Positions 18,088 through 28,406 of a stretch of 33,435 nt of DNA are shown here, in pieces. Origin of the DNA: a virus. Lineage: Duplodnaviria > Caudoviricetes. Below the pieces are notes generated by a model. It worked only from the letters and a program-made list of their open reading frames with translations. It did no database searches and had not been told where the DNA came from. The stretch is from positions 1-33,435 of IMG/VR virus record IMGVR_UViG_3300044878_000177; one strand, given 5' to 3'. Each line of letters begins with the position of its first letter. The first letter of the stretch is position 1. The position numbers were made by a program, and so were the translations under genes.

Positions 18088-19209
18088 ATGATTTTTCAAG
18101 TACAGCAAAACACGATCACGGCATATGGACAAATTTTCGACGGAAACGGAATGGAGTTCGTTTTGCTTTTCTCTCAATTAGAAAAGCAATACAGTCAAAT
18201 AACTGTAAGGTGGCATTCCTATGGAGGTTCTGTATTTGATGGAAATTTGATTTATAACACAATTCAAAACAGTAAAAAAGACATTGAAATACAAATCATT
18301 GGTGTAGCTGCTTCGATGGTTGCAATAATCAGTCAATCCCGCAAAGACAAAAAACCGAGTATGGTTAGAAATGGATATATGATGATTCACGCACCGTCAG
18401 GCAGTACTAATGGTACTGCGCTCGACCATGAAAACAACGCAAAAGTTATGCGTTCAATGGAGAAAAATTTTGTAAAACTCCTTGCTTCCAGTACTGGTAA
18501 AGCTGAAAATTATGTATCAAAATGGATGACTGGAGATAACTGGTTTGATGCAGAGCAGGCTTTAAAGGAAGGTTTGATTTCGGCTATTATCGAACCTGAA
18601 AGCGATACAATGACAGCTAACCTTAATCCTCAAGAACTAGGGGCTGAAGGTATGTATTATCAATTTACCGCCTTACTCACTCCAGAAAACGAATCACAAA
18701 TAAATATAGATCATACTATGAAAAAACCAATTATTGAAGCTCTAGCCTTAACTGGTGTAAATGAGCAAAGTTCGGATACAGCAATTATTGATGCTGTTAA
18801 AGCAAAGTTTGCTGCTGAAAAGTCAGAGCTTCAAGGTAAGCTAAACGTCGAAATTAAAAAGCGTGAAACTGTCGAAGAATCATTAAAAGCCCAAGGCAAA
18901 GCAGCTATTAAGGCTGTTGTTGAAGCAGCTAAAAAAGCGGGTAAAATTACTCAAGACCAAGTGGCTACTTATGAAAGTATTGCTGAAGCTTCAGGAATTG
19001 AAGCTTTAAACATTGTTCTTGGTGCTATTCCAGCACGCATTCCTATCTCTTCACAAATACAATCACATGGTAAAACGGATGCAGTTTTAGGTCGTGAGGA
19101 ATGGGATTTTGACAAATGGCAAAAAGAAGATCCAAAAGCCTTAGAAGCTATGGCCGGAAAAGAACCAGAAAAATTCAAAGAATTGTTTAACGCAAAATAT
19201 AAAAGATAA
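18088..19209 (+). CDS. ClpP-like prohead protease with C-terminal scaffold
   Basis: HSYGGSVFDG, GVAASM, MMIHAP, WFDAEQALKEGLI. Confidence 0.92.
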   Translation: MIFQVQQNTITAYGQIFDGNGMEFVLLFSQLEKQYSQITVRWHSYGGSVFDGNLIYNTIQNSKKDIEIQIIGVAASMVAIISQSRKDKKPSMVRNGYMMIHAPSGSTNGTALDHENNAKVMRSMEKNFVKLLASSTGKAENYVSKWMTGDNWFDAEQALKEGLISAIIEPESDTMTANLNPQELGAEGMYYQFTALLTPENESQINIDHTMKKPIIEALALTGVNEQSSDTAIIDAVKAKFAAEKSELQGKLNVEIKKRETVEESLKAQGKAAIKAVVEAAKKAGKITQDQVATYESIAEASGIEALNIVLGAIPARIPISSQIQSHGKTDAVLGREEWDFDKWQKEDPKALEAMAGKEPEKFKELFNAKYKR

Positions 19210-20129
19210 TGGCAGAATTAGTTGACGGATTATGGCTTGAGCAATTTGTAGAACCTCAGCTTTTAGAAGAATTTAAAAACTATAAGGATGACTTTATAGG
19301 AACTTTCAAAGCGCCTTCCGAGGATGCAATTGATAAAGATGGTATTAAGTTCAATAAGTTGATTAATGAAATAAAATTTCATGTTAACAAGAGTACTGCT
19401 TTTGAACCAGTTGAAATCCCTAATAAAAAGGGTTTAGTTGAGTGGGATAAATTAGATACAGACTTAACTGTAGTATCTGATAAATCAATGCGAGCTTTAG
19501 CTTTTGATAAAGAAAGTGAATTAAGAAGATTGCATAATGAAGCCTTTAGAATGGGTGTCCGAGATTATGCGTTGAGAAAAATTGCTCCAAAAGGCAATAC
19601 TTCAGGAACTCCAATTTTAAGAACAACTGGAGAAGATGATGGTACTGGTAGAAAAAAATTGAAGTATTCTGATATGATTAAATATTACAGCGTACTTGAA
19701 GGTTTGAATCTTACAGATTGGACTCAAGCATTTATGATTCTTTGCGCTGAACACAGACAAGATCTTATTGAAGATAGAGGTAACACTAATAATATTCGTG
19801 ATATTGAAATTGACACCAATACGGGAGAGTTGAAAAGGTTTTTTAAACTAAAATTCTTTGAAAATAATAGCTCTGTAAAATTTACGGCAGCTGATGCCCC
19901 TGTTTCTCCACTGGCTGTTGCTCAAGCAACACATAGAAATGGGTCTTTGTTTTATTATGGACCAAATATTGTACACCACATCGAAGCGGTGAAAGTACTT
20001 TATAAACCAATGCTGCAAGATACTCGAAATCCTGATCCCCAGTCAGAACTACGATTACATTGTTATGGTCTTACAGACAAAAAGCAGGAATATGGCGTAG
20101 GTGCGTTAGTTTCTGGTATTGTTGTTTAA
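19209..20129 (+). CDS. Major capsid protein
   Basis: 306 aa, directly after the protease; call from synteny. Confidence 0.78.
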   Translation: MAELVDGLWLEQFVEPQLLEEFKNYKDDFIGTFKAPSEDAIDKDGIKFNKLINEIKFHVNKSTAFEPVEIPNKKGLVEWDKLDTDLTVVSDKSMRALAFDKESELRRLHNEAFRMGVRDYALRKIAPKGNTSGTPILRTTGEDDGTGRKKLKYSDMIKYYSVLEGLNLTDWTQAFMILCAEHRQDLIEDRGNTNNIRDIEIDTNTGELKRFFKLKFFENNSSVKFTAADAPVSPLAVAQATHRNGSLFYYGPNIVHHIEAVKVLYKPMLQDTRNPDPQSELRLHCYGLTDKKQEYGVGALVSGIVV

Positions 20130-20146
20130 TTTTTTATGTAAGTAAA

Positions 20147-20512
20147 ATGATAGATAAAATTACACTGAAGCAAGAAGCTGACAAGCTTTTTGCTTCTACA
20201 TCCCACGAAGTGTTGTTTGGAAGTCCTGCAGGCGAATTTTTCACGTCTGAAGAAAATGGTAGATTTAGCTTAAAGGCAGGTGAAAAGCTTATCAAGTTTG
20301 AAAAAACAGAAACAAAAGAGCTAAACGCTAATGATACTATTGCCAAAATTAAAGCTACTACTTCATTGGAGGCTTTAAAGGAGTTTGAAAGCGATGAGCG
20401 TAAATCGGTTAAATCGGTTTATGACTGGAAAGCGAAGCAACTTATAGAAGCAATTCAAGTTGTTGGAGCTACTGGAGCAAACGGAAACAAAGACACCGAA
20501 GCTAAAAAGTAA
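20147..20512 (+). CDS. Hypothetical head/neck-associated protein
   Basis: ATG at 20147; between capsid and sheath. Confidence 0.6.
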   Translation: MIDKITLKQEADKLFASTSHEVLFGSPAGEFFTSEENGRFSLKAGEKLIKFEKTETKELNANDTIAKIKATTSLEALKEFESDERKSVKSVYDWKAKQLIEAIQVVGATGANGNKDTEAKK

Positions 20513-20532
20513 ATTTAAAACCTATTTAAACA

Positions 20533-21789
20533 ATGGCAAATTTAGATGCTGTAAAAATAAAAAAGGGCAAAGTTGGAGCCAATAGACTCGACAATGATAG
20601 ACGTGTATCGGCTATCATTGTGAGTTCTCCACCAATTCCAACACTTGCATTCAAAGAAACCGTTCAGCTTTTCGGCTTATACGATGCGGAACAAAATGGG
20701 ATTACTGCTGAATTTGACAAAACAAATAACGTAAACGTGTATCGCCACGTCCGTGAGTTTTACCGTAATGCTGGCGAAGGAGTTCCATTGAACTTTATGC
20801 CGGTAGCACAAACTGAAACTTTAAAAACCATTGCTCAAGATGCTACAGGCGATAAATTGAAACGTTTGTTGATTGACTCTGATTATAAAGTACGTCAATT
20901 GGCAATAGCTTTGAATCCGATAGAAGTTTCAGGAAATCCAATAGTACACGTAGATGGATTAGTTCCTGACGTGTTTGAATCTATTCCTTTGGCTCAAGGA
21001 ACTGCGAACTGGGCTTATGATCAATTTATGCCAACTCATATTTTCATTGAAGGTTATAACCTTAACGGACTTGCTTCGGTTGTTCCAGACTTGCGAGATA
21101 TTGCCAATGTAGAAGCTACAAAGGTAACATTGGTAATTGGTCAAGATTGGAAATATGCAGAAACCAAGACTGGTAATGCTCAAAAATTTGCCGATGTGGG
21201 AACTATTCTAGGAGTTTGTGCTGCTAGCGCTATTAATCAAAACATTGGCGACAATGAGGCTTTTAATTTAATGGATAGCACAAAATTGGCTTGGATGGTT
21301 CCTGGGCTATCAAACCACAAAACAAACAAAGAGGTTTATGCTGAATTGCAAACTTTTGAAGACAAAGGTTATGTATTCGGAATTACTTATCCTGGACTAG
21401 CTGGCATCCGAATCAATAACGACCACGTTTGCGCACCTATTATTATAGATGCTGAAGGCAACATGAATGAGCATACTATTGCTTATGGTCGTGTTATGGA
21501 TGACTGCGCTAGACAGTTAAGAACCGCTTACTTGCCTAAAGTTAAAAAGACATATCCAGTTAATGCAGCAGGGAAATTACCTACTGGAGTACGTGTGGGT
21601 TTAGAAACCATTGGAGATAACATTTTTACAGACATGGAAAATGCCGTAGAAATATCTGCAGGAAAAACGACCATCGACCCGAATAGTGATTTGTTGGTAG
21701 CAAAAGAACTTAAAGTTTCTTTTAATGTACAGCCTACTGGAGTTCTTGGATTCTTAAACGGAACTATTAACCTAAAATCTAAACAATAA
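20533..21789 (+). CDS. Tail sheath protein (DUF2586 family)
   Basis: YRHVREFY, KGYVF..TYPG..G..INND, RVMDDCARQLR, IDPNSD. Confidence 0.88.
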   Translation: MANLDAVKIKKGKVGANRLDNDRRVSAIIVSSPPIPTLAFKETVQLFGLYDAEQNGITAEFDKTNNVNVYRHVREFYRNAGEGVPLNFMPVAQTETLKTIAQDATGDKLKRLLIDSDYKVRQLAIALNPIEVSGNPIVHVDGLVPDVFESIPLAQGTANWAYDQFMPTHIFIEGYNLNGLASVVPDLRDIANVEATKVTLVIGQDWKYAETKTGNAQKFADVGTILGVCAASAINQNIGDNEAFNLMDSTKLAWMVPGLSNHKTNKEVYAELQTFEDKGYVFGITYPGLAGIRINNDHVCAPIIIDAEGNMNEHTIAYGRVMDDCARQLRTAYLPKVKKTYPVNAAGKLPTGVRVGLETIGDNIFTDMENAVEISAGKTTIDPNSDLLVAKELKVSFNVQPTGVLGFLNGTINLKSKQ

Positions 21790-22208
21790 TGGCCACAATC
21801 ACAAGAAACGGAAAAGCCTATGATAGTGCCGATGTAGAAGTATTTATCAATGGTGTACCTGTAGAAGTAACATCTGCAACGTATGGCAATGAGGAGGAAA
21901 ACCAATTGAATTACACTCTTGGTAAAACTGCTTCAAGCTGGAGTTCTGGAAAGATTACTCCAAGTGCAACATTAGGTTTTATGATGCATGACATTGTGCC
22001 AATTGAATTGGCAGCCAATGGCGGAAGTATTTTAAATATTAAGCCTTTTGATGTGATCATCACTTTTACAAATGAGTTTAACATCATTGTAACTGATCGC
22101 ATTTTGGTAAAATTCCAAAACGAAGGTAGAGAAGTTACTGGCGAAATGGGTCTTAAAAGAGAGTATCCTATGTTTGCTCTTAAAGTTGAATTGAACGTAG
22201 CAGCATAA
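21789..22208 (+). CDS. Tail tube protein
   Basis: NGKAYDSADV..., PFDVIITF; follows sheath. Confidence 0.85.
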   Translation: MATITRNGKAYDSADVEVFINGVPVEVTSATYGNEEENQLNYTLGKTASSWSSGKITPSATLGFMMHDIVPIELAANGGSILNIKPFDVIITFTNEFNIIVTDRILVKFQNEGREVTGEMGLKREYPMFALKVELNVAA

Positions 22209-22241
22209 TTCCAAATTTCATTTTTTTTCATTTTTCACTTG

Positions 22242-22267
22242 AAGCCCTCTATCGGGAGGGCTTTTTT
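22242..22267 (+). terminator. Intrinsic terminator after tube gene
   Basis: AAGCCCTCT-ATCG-GGAGGGCTT followed by T run. Confidence 0.8.
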
Positions 22268-22293
22268 AAAATCAAATTTAAACACACAATATA

Positions 22294-22617
22294 ATGGCAA
22301 AAGCTAAAAAAGAAGTAAGTCAAGAAACTATTGAGAAAGTCGGCGGTGTCGAAAAATTAAAGCGTGTAGAATTACCACTTGATGATGATGGTAATGAGAC
22401 TTTAGAAGTAATCGTTTGTATTCCTGACCGTAGAACTATGGGGCAATATTTGAAGTATCAAAATGTGAATCCCGCAAAGGCTCAAGATATTCTAGTTAAA
22501 AACTGCTTGCTTACAGACAAGGACCAGGTACTTGCAGATGATGCACTGTTTTTGACTTGCGTAAGCGAATTAGCCCAACTGATCCCTATTAGAGAAGGCA
22601 AGATAAAAAAGTATTAG
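22294..22617 (+). CDS. Tail assembly chaperone (G)
   Basis: Follows tube gene; ends in slippery A AAA AAG. Confidence 0.8.
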   Translation: MAKAKKEVSQETIEKVGGVEKLKRVELPLDDDGNETLEVIVCIPDRRTMGQYLKYQNVNPAKAQDILVKNCLLTDKDQVLADDALFLTCVSELAQLIPIREGKIKKY

Positions 22618-22799
22618 ACGATTGCCCGGGACTGATAAACGATGACGATAAAGACATGGTTTTTAAAATAGATGCAATGATTAGCCACATTTTGCATTTG
22701 CCATTCCCGGAACAATTGGATGATGATGTTTGGGCTGAAAAATGGGCTCAAGTACAATGGCTGATTGAAAAAGGTATAGTCGCTCCAAAACACAAATAA
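22605..22799 (+). CDS. -1 frameshift extension (T) of the tail assembly chaperone
   Basis: AAAAAAG at 22605-22611; -1 frame open for 62 codons (VLDDCPGL...PEQLDDDVWAEKWAQVQWL...) to TAA at 22797-22799. Confidence 0.8.
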   Translation, partial: KKVLDDCPGLINDDDKDMVFKIDAMISHILHLPFPEQLDDDVWAEKWAQVQWLIEKGIVAPKHK

Positions 22800-22801
22800 T
22801 A

Positions 22802-23452
22802 ATGCCAATAACAGACGCTTACAAACACGTATTTGATGATGTAGTTGCATTTCCATCAAACATAACTATCGACTTGGTCGCTCGCTATGCGGCGGCTTTT
22901 GGAATGATGGCATCGGGAAAGGCAATTGAAAAAGCATTTGTAGACAAGACTGAAAAAAGAGATTACAATTTTCAGTATTTCCCGTTGCAAGATGGGAATA
23001 TTGAATATGTAAAGATGGTTGTTCCTGGAGAAGATCCTTTAGAGTTTTCTGCCGTATTGCATGGAGATAGAGGCAGCATTTTTGCACCACCGTTATTGAT
23101 CGGTTTTTCTCAAGAAAAATCATTAATAGAAACCGAAGTCAATGATGATGATCCCATCGTAATTGAACGGTGGGGAACTAAGCCCTGGGATATCACTATA
23201 AACGGAATTTTGATTGATTTAAACAATAGAATTTACCCAACGGATGAGATACGCCGTTTGAATAAAAACTGGAGATATAACGGAGTAGTTAAAGTAATTG
23301 GAAAGCAATTTGAAGAAAAAGACATTGATAGTTTGTATTTCCGTTCCATCAATTTTACATCTGTAGAAGGATATCAAGACACTATACAATTTACCATCAA
23401 TGCCAGTTCAATAAAAGCCGTGAATTTCACGCTTTTGAAACCCAACAGTTAA
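22802..23452 (+). CDS. DUF6046-like tail tube initiator
   Basis: QEKSLIET.V......VIE.W....W.ITINGIL pattern; position. Confidence 0.7.
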   Translation: MPITDAYKHVFDDVVAFPSNITIDLVARYAAAFGMMASGKAIEKAFVDKTEKRDYNFQYFPLQDGNIEYVKMVVPGEDPLEFSAVLHGDRGSIFAPPLLIGFSQEKSLIETEVNDDDPIVIERWGTKPWDITINGILIDLNNRIYPTDEIRRLNKNWRYNGVVKVIGKQFEEKDIDSLYFRSINFTSVEGYQDTIQFTINASSIKAVNFTLLKPNS

Positions 23453-24459
23453 TGAATTATTTGTATCACAATATCAGTATAAGAATTACGATTGCTGATA
23501 ATTTACAATTTACGGTTTGCCAATCGATTCATATTGAATCAAGTGTACAAGTTCTTGCAAATAACGCTAAAATTGAAATGCCAAGGGAGTTTCGTAATGC
23601 TGTTGATGAAGTGGGTAAATCTATCAATATTGCGGGTAAATCTATTTTAGATTTTATGAAACGTGGCGATGCCATTAAAATTGAATTTGGATATGATGGT
23701 GATTTGCAAAACGAGTTTGAGGGATACATAACAAAAATTGGTGCTGAAATGCCTTTGCTTCTGGAGTCCGAAGATGAAATGTTTCAACTCAAGAAAGCAC
23801 CTAGAATAACCAAGTTTATAAAAACGGGAAAGTTAATTGATATTCTGAAAGCCGTATTGCCTGCTAAATATAAAATTGAATGTAATGGAGATTATTCAAT
23901 TGGCAAATGGCTTATAGAAGATGCAACTCCATACAATGTATTGGAAGAACTTCGAGACAAAGCGGGAATTCGTGCTTACTTCAAAAATCCGACCACATTG
24001 TGTGTTGGAATGATTGTAGATTTTAAAGCCGAAGCGGTTCATAAATTTAATTTTAGTGAAAATGTGAGACGTGGCAGCAGTTTAAAATTTGAACAAAAAG
24101 AAAGCAAACCAATGTTTACAACAGTTGAAAGTAAACAAGCAGATGGGAAAGTATTGTCAGTATCTGTTGGCGAAAAGGGAGGCGATGAAAAAACGATGAA
24201 GCTTTGGCCAAATATGACAAAGAAGGAACTGGAACTATGGGCAAACAAACAACAAACGAGCGTTTCCTATAGTGGCTTTGAAGGTTCTTTAGACAGTTGG
24301 TGTTATCCAAGAACTGCACCTGGACATGCAGCGCAATTGTACCGTCCGTTTTATAAAGACAGGCATCAAGATGGAAGGTATTTTATTGAAAGTGTAACTA
24401 TTGATGTAAACGGTTCTGAAGGTATTAAAAGAACTAATAATTTAAGTTACAAATTATGA
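23452..24459 (+). CDS. Baseplate hub (late control D / Mu gp44-like)
   Basis: GDAIKIEFGYDG..NEFEGYI, GRYFIESV. Confidence 0.85.
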   Translation: MNYLYHNISIRITIADNLQFTVCQSIHIESSVQVLANNAKIEMPREFRNAVDEVGKSINIAGKSILDFMKRGDAIKIEFGYDGDLQNEFEGYITKIGAEMPLLLESEDEMFQLKKAPRITKFIKTGKLIDILKAVLPAKYKIECNGDYSIGKWLIEDATPYNVLEELRDKAGIRAYFKNPTTLCVGMIVDFKAEAVHKFNFSENVRRGSSLKFEQKESKPMFTTVESKQADGKVLSVSVGEKGGDEKTMKLWPNMTKKELELWANKQQTSVSYSGFEGSLDSWCYPRTAPGHAAQLYRPFYKDRHQDGRYFIESVTIDVNGSEGIKRTNNLSYKL

Positions 24460-24938
24460 GTGAATTTGAAGAACTATTTAGACAAGCTGTAATTGGCTCA
24501 AAAAAAAACAAAGGCAAATTCACCCTAATAGTTGGGACGGTTAAGAGTGTTGAAAACGACACTTGTACGGTTGATAGTTATGAAGATGTTCGGTTAAATG
24601 CCATTATTAAAGATTCTGATAGCCAATTTACGGTTTATCCAAAAGTAGGTTCAAAAGTGGTTATTGGCCGTCTAGAGAATGAAGATAATGCTTTTGTAAT
24701 TGGTGTTTCTGAAATTGAAAAAGTAACGATTAAAATAGGTGATTTGTTATTCGAAATAAACAATGGCAAGTTTAAGATTAAAAGCGGAAGTGTAAGTCTT
24801 AAATCGATTTTAAACGATGGCTTTGAGCAATTAGGTAAAGCAATTATAACTACACCATCGGGACCAGGGAAATTTTCTCCTGCAGATATAAAAGTATTTG
24901 CAGATTTACAAAGCAAAACAAACCAATTACTAAGCTAA
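24456..24938 (+). CDS. Baseplate spike (gpV-like)
   Basis: OB-fold-like DVRL...YPKVGSKVVI; TPSGPG. Confidence 0.75.
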   Translation: MSEFEELFRQAVIGSKKNKGKFTLIVGTVKSVENDTCTVDSYEDVRLNAIIKDSDSQFTVYPKVGSKVVIGRLENEDNAFVIGVSEIEKVTIKIGDLLFEINNGKFKIKSGSVSLKSILNDGFEQLGKAIITTPSGPGKFSPADIKVFADLQSKTNQLLS

Positions 24939-25153
24939 TGGCATTAAACGATAACGCTTTTAAAACAAAGATAATTGCACTTCAGGATGAAATGATGCAG
25001 GCTTTAGATTATGAAACCGCAAAGGTTCAATATGCTGAAAAATTGATGCTCGCTATTAAAGAGTATATAATGTCCGGAATTGTTACGGTGATGGTTGCTA
25101 CAACAGGAACGGCTATGGCTCAAACGGGTACTGGAACAGGAACAATAAGTTAA
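24938..25153 (+). CDS. Small baseplate/spike-tip protein
   Basis: C-terminal TGTGTGTI; position. Confidence 0.55.
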   Translation: MALNDNAFKTKIIALQDEMMQALDYETAKVQYAEKLMLAIKEYIMSGIVTVMVATTGTAMAQTGTGTGTIS

Positions 25154-25155
25154 AA

Positions 25156-25443
25156 ATGAGAAAAGATATATTGAGAGACGAAAACGGTGAGTTGGCTTTT
25201 AAAAATGGCGATTTTGCTATAGGTCAAAGCGACCAACAACACGTTGAAGATATTTTAGACTTGCAACCAGGAGAATTAAAAGAATTTCCTTTAGCTGGTT
25301 TTGGAGCTATCAATTATATCAAAAAAACAATTACTGCAGATGAGTTTAAACGGGATTTAAAGATTCAGTTAAATTATGATGGTTACGATAATGCAACCAT
25401 TGACACCAGTAAAGGAATTGAAAATTTAAACATTGAAATATGA
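25156..25443 (+). CDS. gp25-like baseplate wedge protein
   Basis: GDFAIGQSDQQH...PGELKEFPLAGFG. Confidence 0.7.
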   Translation: MRKDILRDENGELAFKNGDFAIGQSDQQHVEDILDLQPGELKEFPLAGFGAINYIKKTITADEFKRDLKIQLNYDGYDNATIDTSKGIENLNIEI

Positions 25444-25988
25444 TGAGAATAATAAATTATTTTTTAAAAGGATTTGGATTTAGCTCCCTAGATGAATTTC
25501 TTAAAAGTGCATTCGGATTCATTTATACATCAACTTCTATTATTAAAATCGATTTAATTGTGGCCTTTATTTTCTCAACTGTTAGTTTCTTGTTTGGTTT
25601 CAATCATTTGTTTTTAATGGCTTACGTTGTCCTTTTGGTTTCAGAATGGTACACAGGAGTACAAGCTTCGCTCAAAAGAGGCGAACGACACGAAAGTCGA
25701 AAGTTTGGTAGAATGATTTTAAAAATAGCTACTTATTTAGTGCCTATTTACATCTTAAACACTTTTGCCAAAAATGCTGATTTTATCAAAATAATGGATA
25801 TGGAATTAGATCCTTTTGCGTGGTTGTATTGGGCGGTTTTACTGGGTATTATTTGGCAGTTATTGGTTAGTCTTTTGGAAAATTTAGACAGTTTAGGTGT
25901 TCGTTATGCGAAGACATTAATCCGAATTATCAATAAAAAGTTTTACAAACAATTTGAATTAGATGATGGAGATAATAGCCTTACATAA
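25440..25988 (+). CDS. Holin-family membrane protein (holin_4_1-like)
   Basis: Several TM segments; WYTGV...ESRKFGR..LK, SLLENL..LG. Confidence 0.75.
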   Translation: MMRIINYFLKGFGFSSLDEFLKSAFGFIYTSTSIIKIDLIVAFIFSTVSFLFGFNHLFLMAYVVLLVSEWYTGVQASLKRGERHESRKFGRMILKIATYLVPIYILNTFAKNADFIKIMDMELDPFAWLYWAVLLGIIWQLLVSLLENLDSLGVRYAKTLIRIINKKFYKQFELDDGDNSLT

Positions 25989-26265
25989 TCAAACATTAGC
26001 GGATATAACTATTAGGCATTGTGGAACTATCGAAGCTTTGGCCGATATAGCCATTCTAAACAACATTAGTATTACCACGGATTTATATGCTGGACAAATT
26101 ATTCAGATTCCATTAAAAGATTATGGTAATCAAGAAGTGGTTAATTATTTCGTTGCAAACAAGGTTGAACCAGCAACGGCTTTAACCAAAGAACACATCG
26201 CATTAGTAGAAGGGAATTCGGGTATTGGATATTGGATAATTGAAAACAATTTTATAGTACAATAA
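25963..26265 (+). CDS. LysM-like baseplate protein (gpX-like)
   Basis: NQTLADITIRHCG....IAILNNISITTDL..GQ. Confidence 0.78.
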   Translation: MMEIIALHNQTLADITIRHCGTIEALADIAILNNISITTDLYAGQIIQIPLKDYGNQEVVNYFVANKVEPATALTKEHIALVEGNSGIGYWIIENNFIVQ

Positions 26266-27107
26266 TGGCTAGAACTGTAGCACAAATACAAAATTTAATG
26301 TTAGCGGATATTGCTTCAGATGATACTTTGACAACAGCGTTAACGTCGTCTAGTAAGTACGCTGTTTTTAGACTATTCACATTTATAGTGGCTACAGCTG
26401 TATGGATTCACGAAACTTTTTTCGACCAGCATACTGTAGAAATTGACACAAAAATATACAATCAAAAATCAGGTAGACCATCATGGTATAGAGAAATGGC
26501 TTTGAAGTTTCAATACGGTTTTGACCTTGTTGCTGATAAAGATTATTTTGATAATGGCACGGCATCACTAGAACAAATTGAAGATTCTAAAATCATCAAA
26601 TATGCTGCTGTAAATGAATCGGATGACGAAAGCAGGCTAATTGTAAAAATAGCAGGTGAAGTTGATGGTGTTTTAAGTGACTTTACAGACCGGTCTCAAG
26701 TTATCGCGATAAAAGCATATTTCAAAGAAATAAAATACCCAAGTAAAATAACAATAATCAATTATAAGGCTGATCGGCTTTATTTAAATATCCAAATAAA
26801 ACGTGATGCTTTAGTTTTAAATGAAAGCGGAATGAGCATTTTAAACGCTAATTATCCTGTTCGAGAGGCTATTCAGGAATTTATGAAAGAACTTCCTTTT
26901 GATGGCGATTTGAGGCTTTCTGCTATAGTGGATAAAATGCAAAAAGTGCCAGGCGTTTTGGATGCTACAATATTAAGCGCTGAAAGTTCATGGATAGACC
27001 CTCAACAGAATGGTTATGCAACTCCACAGCCTATATTCATTTCGAAAGTAGCTGTAAGTGGTTATTTCGAAATTGTAACATTTGACAATATTAATTATGT
27101 GGTTTGA
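26265..27107 (+). CDS. Baseplate J-like wedge protein
   Basis: MARTVAQI, WYREMALKFQYG, LPFDG, IVDKMQKVPGV. Confidence 0.8.
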   Translation: MARTVAQIQNLMLADIASDDTLTTALTSSSKYAVFRLFTFIVATAVWIHETFFDQHTVEIDTKIYNQKSGRPSWYREMALKFQYGFDLVADKDYFDNGTASLEQIEDSKIIKYAAVNESDDESRLIVKIAGEVDGVLSDFTDRSQVIAIKAYFKEIKYPSKITIINYKADRLYLNIQIKRDALVLNESGMSILNANYPVREAIQEFMKELPFDGDLRLSAIVDKMQKVPGVLDATILSAESSWIDPQQNGYATPQPIFISKVAVSGYFEIVTFDNINYVV

Positions 27108-27582
27108 TATTAATTGGAATATCTATGGGGTTCAAAATTTACCCAACAAGTGGCGTGATGTAGTTTCTATCCAGTATATAAAAGTGCTGCTACGACCGAT
27201 AAATGATATTTATTACAAATGGTACAACTGGCGAATTGACAATATTTATAAGCTAGAACATACAGGACAAATATGTTATTTGAGAGGTTCTTTGAATGAC
27301 AAATTTGACCCAATTGAAAGGCGTATTTATATAACTGACGGGTTAGAACATGATACTTTTTACATATACACGGAGGCGGAAGATAGAACGATTTGGTTGT
27401 ACACTGAGGCCGAGAATAAAACAATTTATTTAAGGACAGAAGCCGAAACGGCTGACACAGGTTTGGACTTTATAGTTTATGTGCCTTTAGAAATTTATAA
27501 TACACAAAAAGACTCTTTGATAGCTCATATTGAGTTTTACAGAGTAGCGGGAAAAAGATATAAAATTATTACAAATGAATAA
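27097..27582 (+). CDS. Baseplate wedge (gpI-like) protein
   Basis: GQICYL...LNDKFD, DFIVYVP, YRVAGKRY; ATG at 27097. Confidence 0.75.
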   Translation: MWFDINWNIYGVQNLPNKWRDVVSIQYIKVLLRPINDIYYKWYNWRIDNIYKLEHTGQICYLRGSLNDKFDPIERRIYITDGLEHDTFYIYTEAEDRTIWLYTEAENKTIYLRTEAETADTGLDFIVYVPLEIYNTQKDSLIAHIEFYRVAGKRYKIITNE

Positions 27583-28390
27583 AACGAATTTTGTACAAAC
27601 AGGCGGTTGGCCTTTGAACGCTGAGCGATTGGAAGAGCTTGAAACAGCTTATTCAATTTTCAACGCCTTTGGGGCTTTGGCGGGTAATTTAACCATTATA
27701 TCAGGATGCGTTACAGCAGGATCAAATGTAAGTGACGGTTATGTTTATATCTCTGGAGAGCTATTAACTTTTAAAGCTGCTGCAGTTACACCAACCTCGA
27801 CGGTGATTATTGTTGAGCAAAAGGTAAATCGTCCTTTTGAAAATACAGAGGTTAAGACGGTTCACACCATTCGCTACGCCACTTTTGGAACTGCTGAAAC
27901 CTCATGGCTATGGAGTGACTTTATGCGCCCAATGGAAACAAAGGCGTTAATCGCTGCTTTATATTCAAAAGCAGATAGAACAACTACGGATAATATTCTA
28001 AACCGCTTGGTTAATGTAGAGACAAAATTGGCGACAATTGATGCTTATGCGGAAGTAAACGTACAGGCTGATATGAATGTAACAGATGTGAATAATGATG
28101 CGTATGTTAAAAACAAACCGACAACACCAGCGTCTGAAATCATACACAAAGGCTTTTATACGATAGGTGACCCGGATGGAGAATCTACCTATTTGATTTC
28201 ATTTCCTTCTGTAGGTACGGCAAATTATGCTGTATTAGGTTCTTTGGAAGGTAGGAATGGAAATAAATCAATAGACATTGGTTCATCCTATGTCATATTC
28301 AGCAGAACGCATAATTCCTTTATAATAGGGGTTGACGATATGGGAGGTGTTCAAGCCTTAGATTTTAACTATGTTTTATTGTCAAAATAA
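27575..28390 (+). CDS. Tail fibre protein
   Basis: IISGC, DGYVYISGEL N-terminus; NVQAD...AYVKNKP repeat; beta-rich C-terminus. Confidence 0.75.
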   Translation: MNKTNFVQTGGWPLNAERLEELETAYSIFNAFGALAGNLTIISGCVTAGSNVSDGYVYISGELLTFKAAAVTPTSTVIIVEQKVNRPFENTEVKTVHTIRYATFGTAETSWLWSDFMRPMETKALIAALYSKADRTTTDNILNRLVNVETKLATIDAYAEVNVQADMNVTDVNNDAYVKNKPTTPASEIIHKGFYTIGDPDGESTYLISFPSVGTANYAVLGSLEGRNGNKSIDIGSSYVIFSRTHNSFIIGVDDMGGVQALDFNYVLLSK

Positions 28391-28406
28391 TAATCAATAT
28401 ACAAAA

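Noticed and set aside
20533-27582. Stand-alone eCIS/tailocin or T6SS
   Set aside because: Intact capsid, portal, terminase and transposase indicate a full phage
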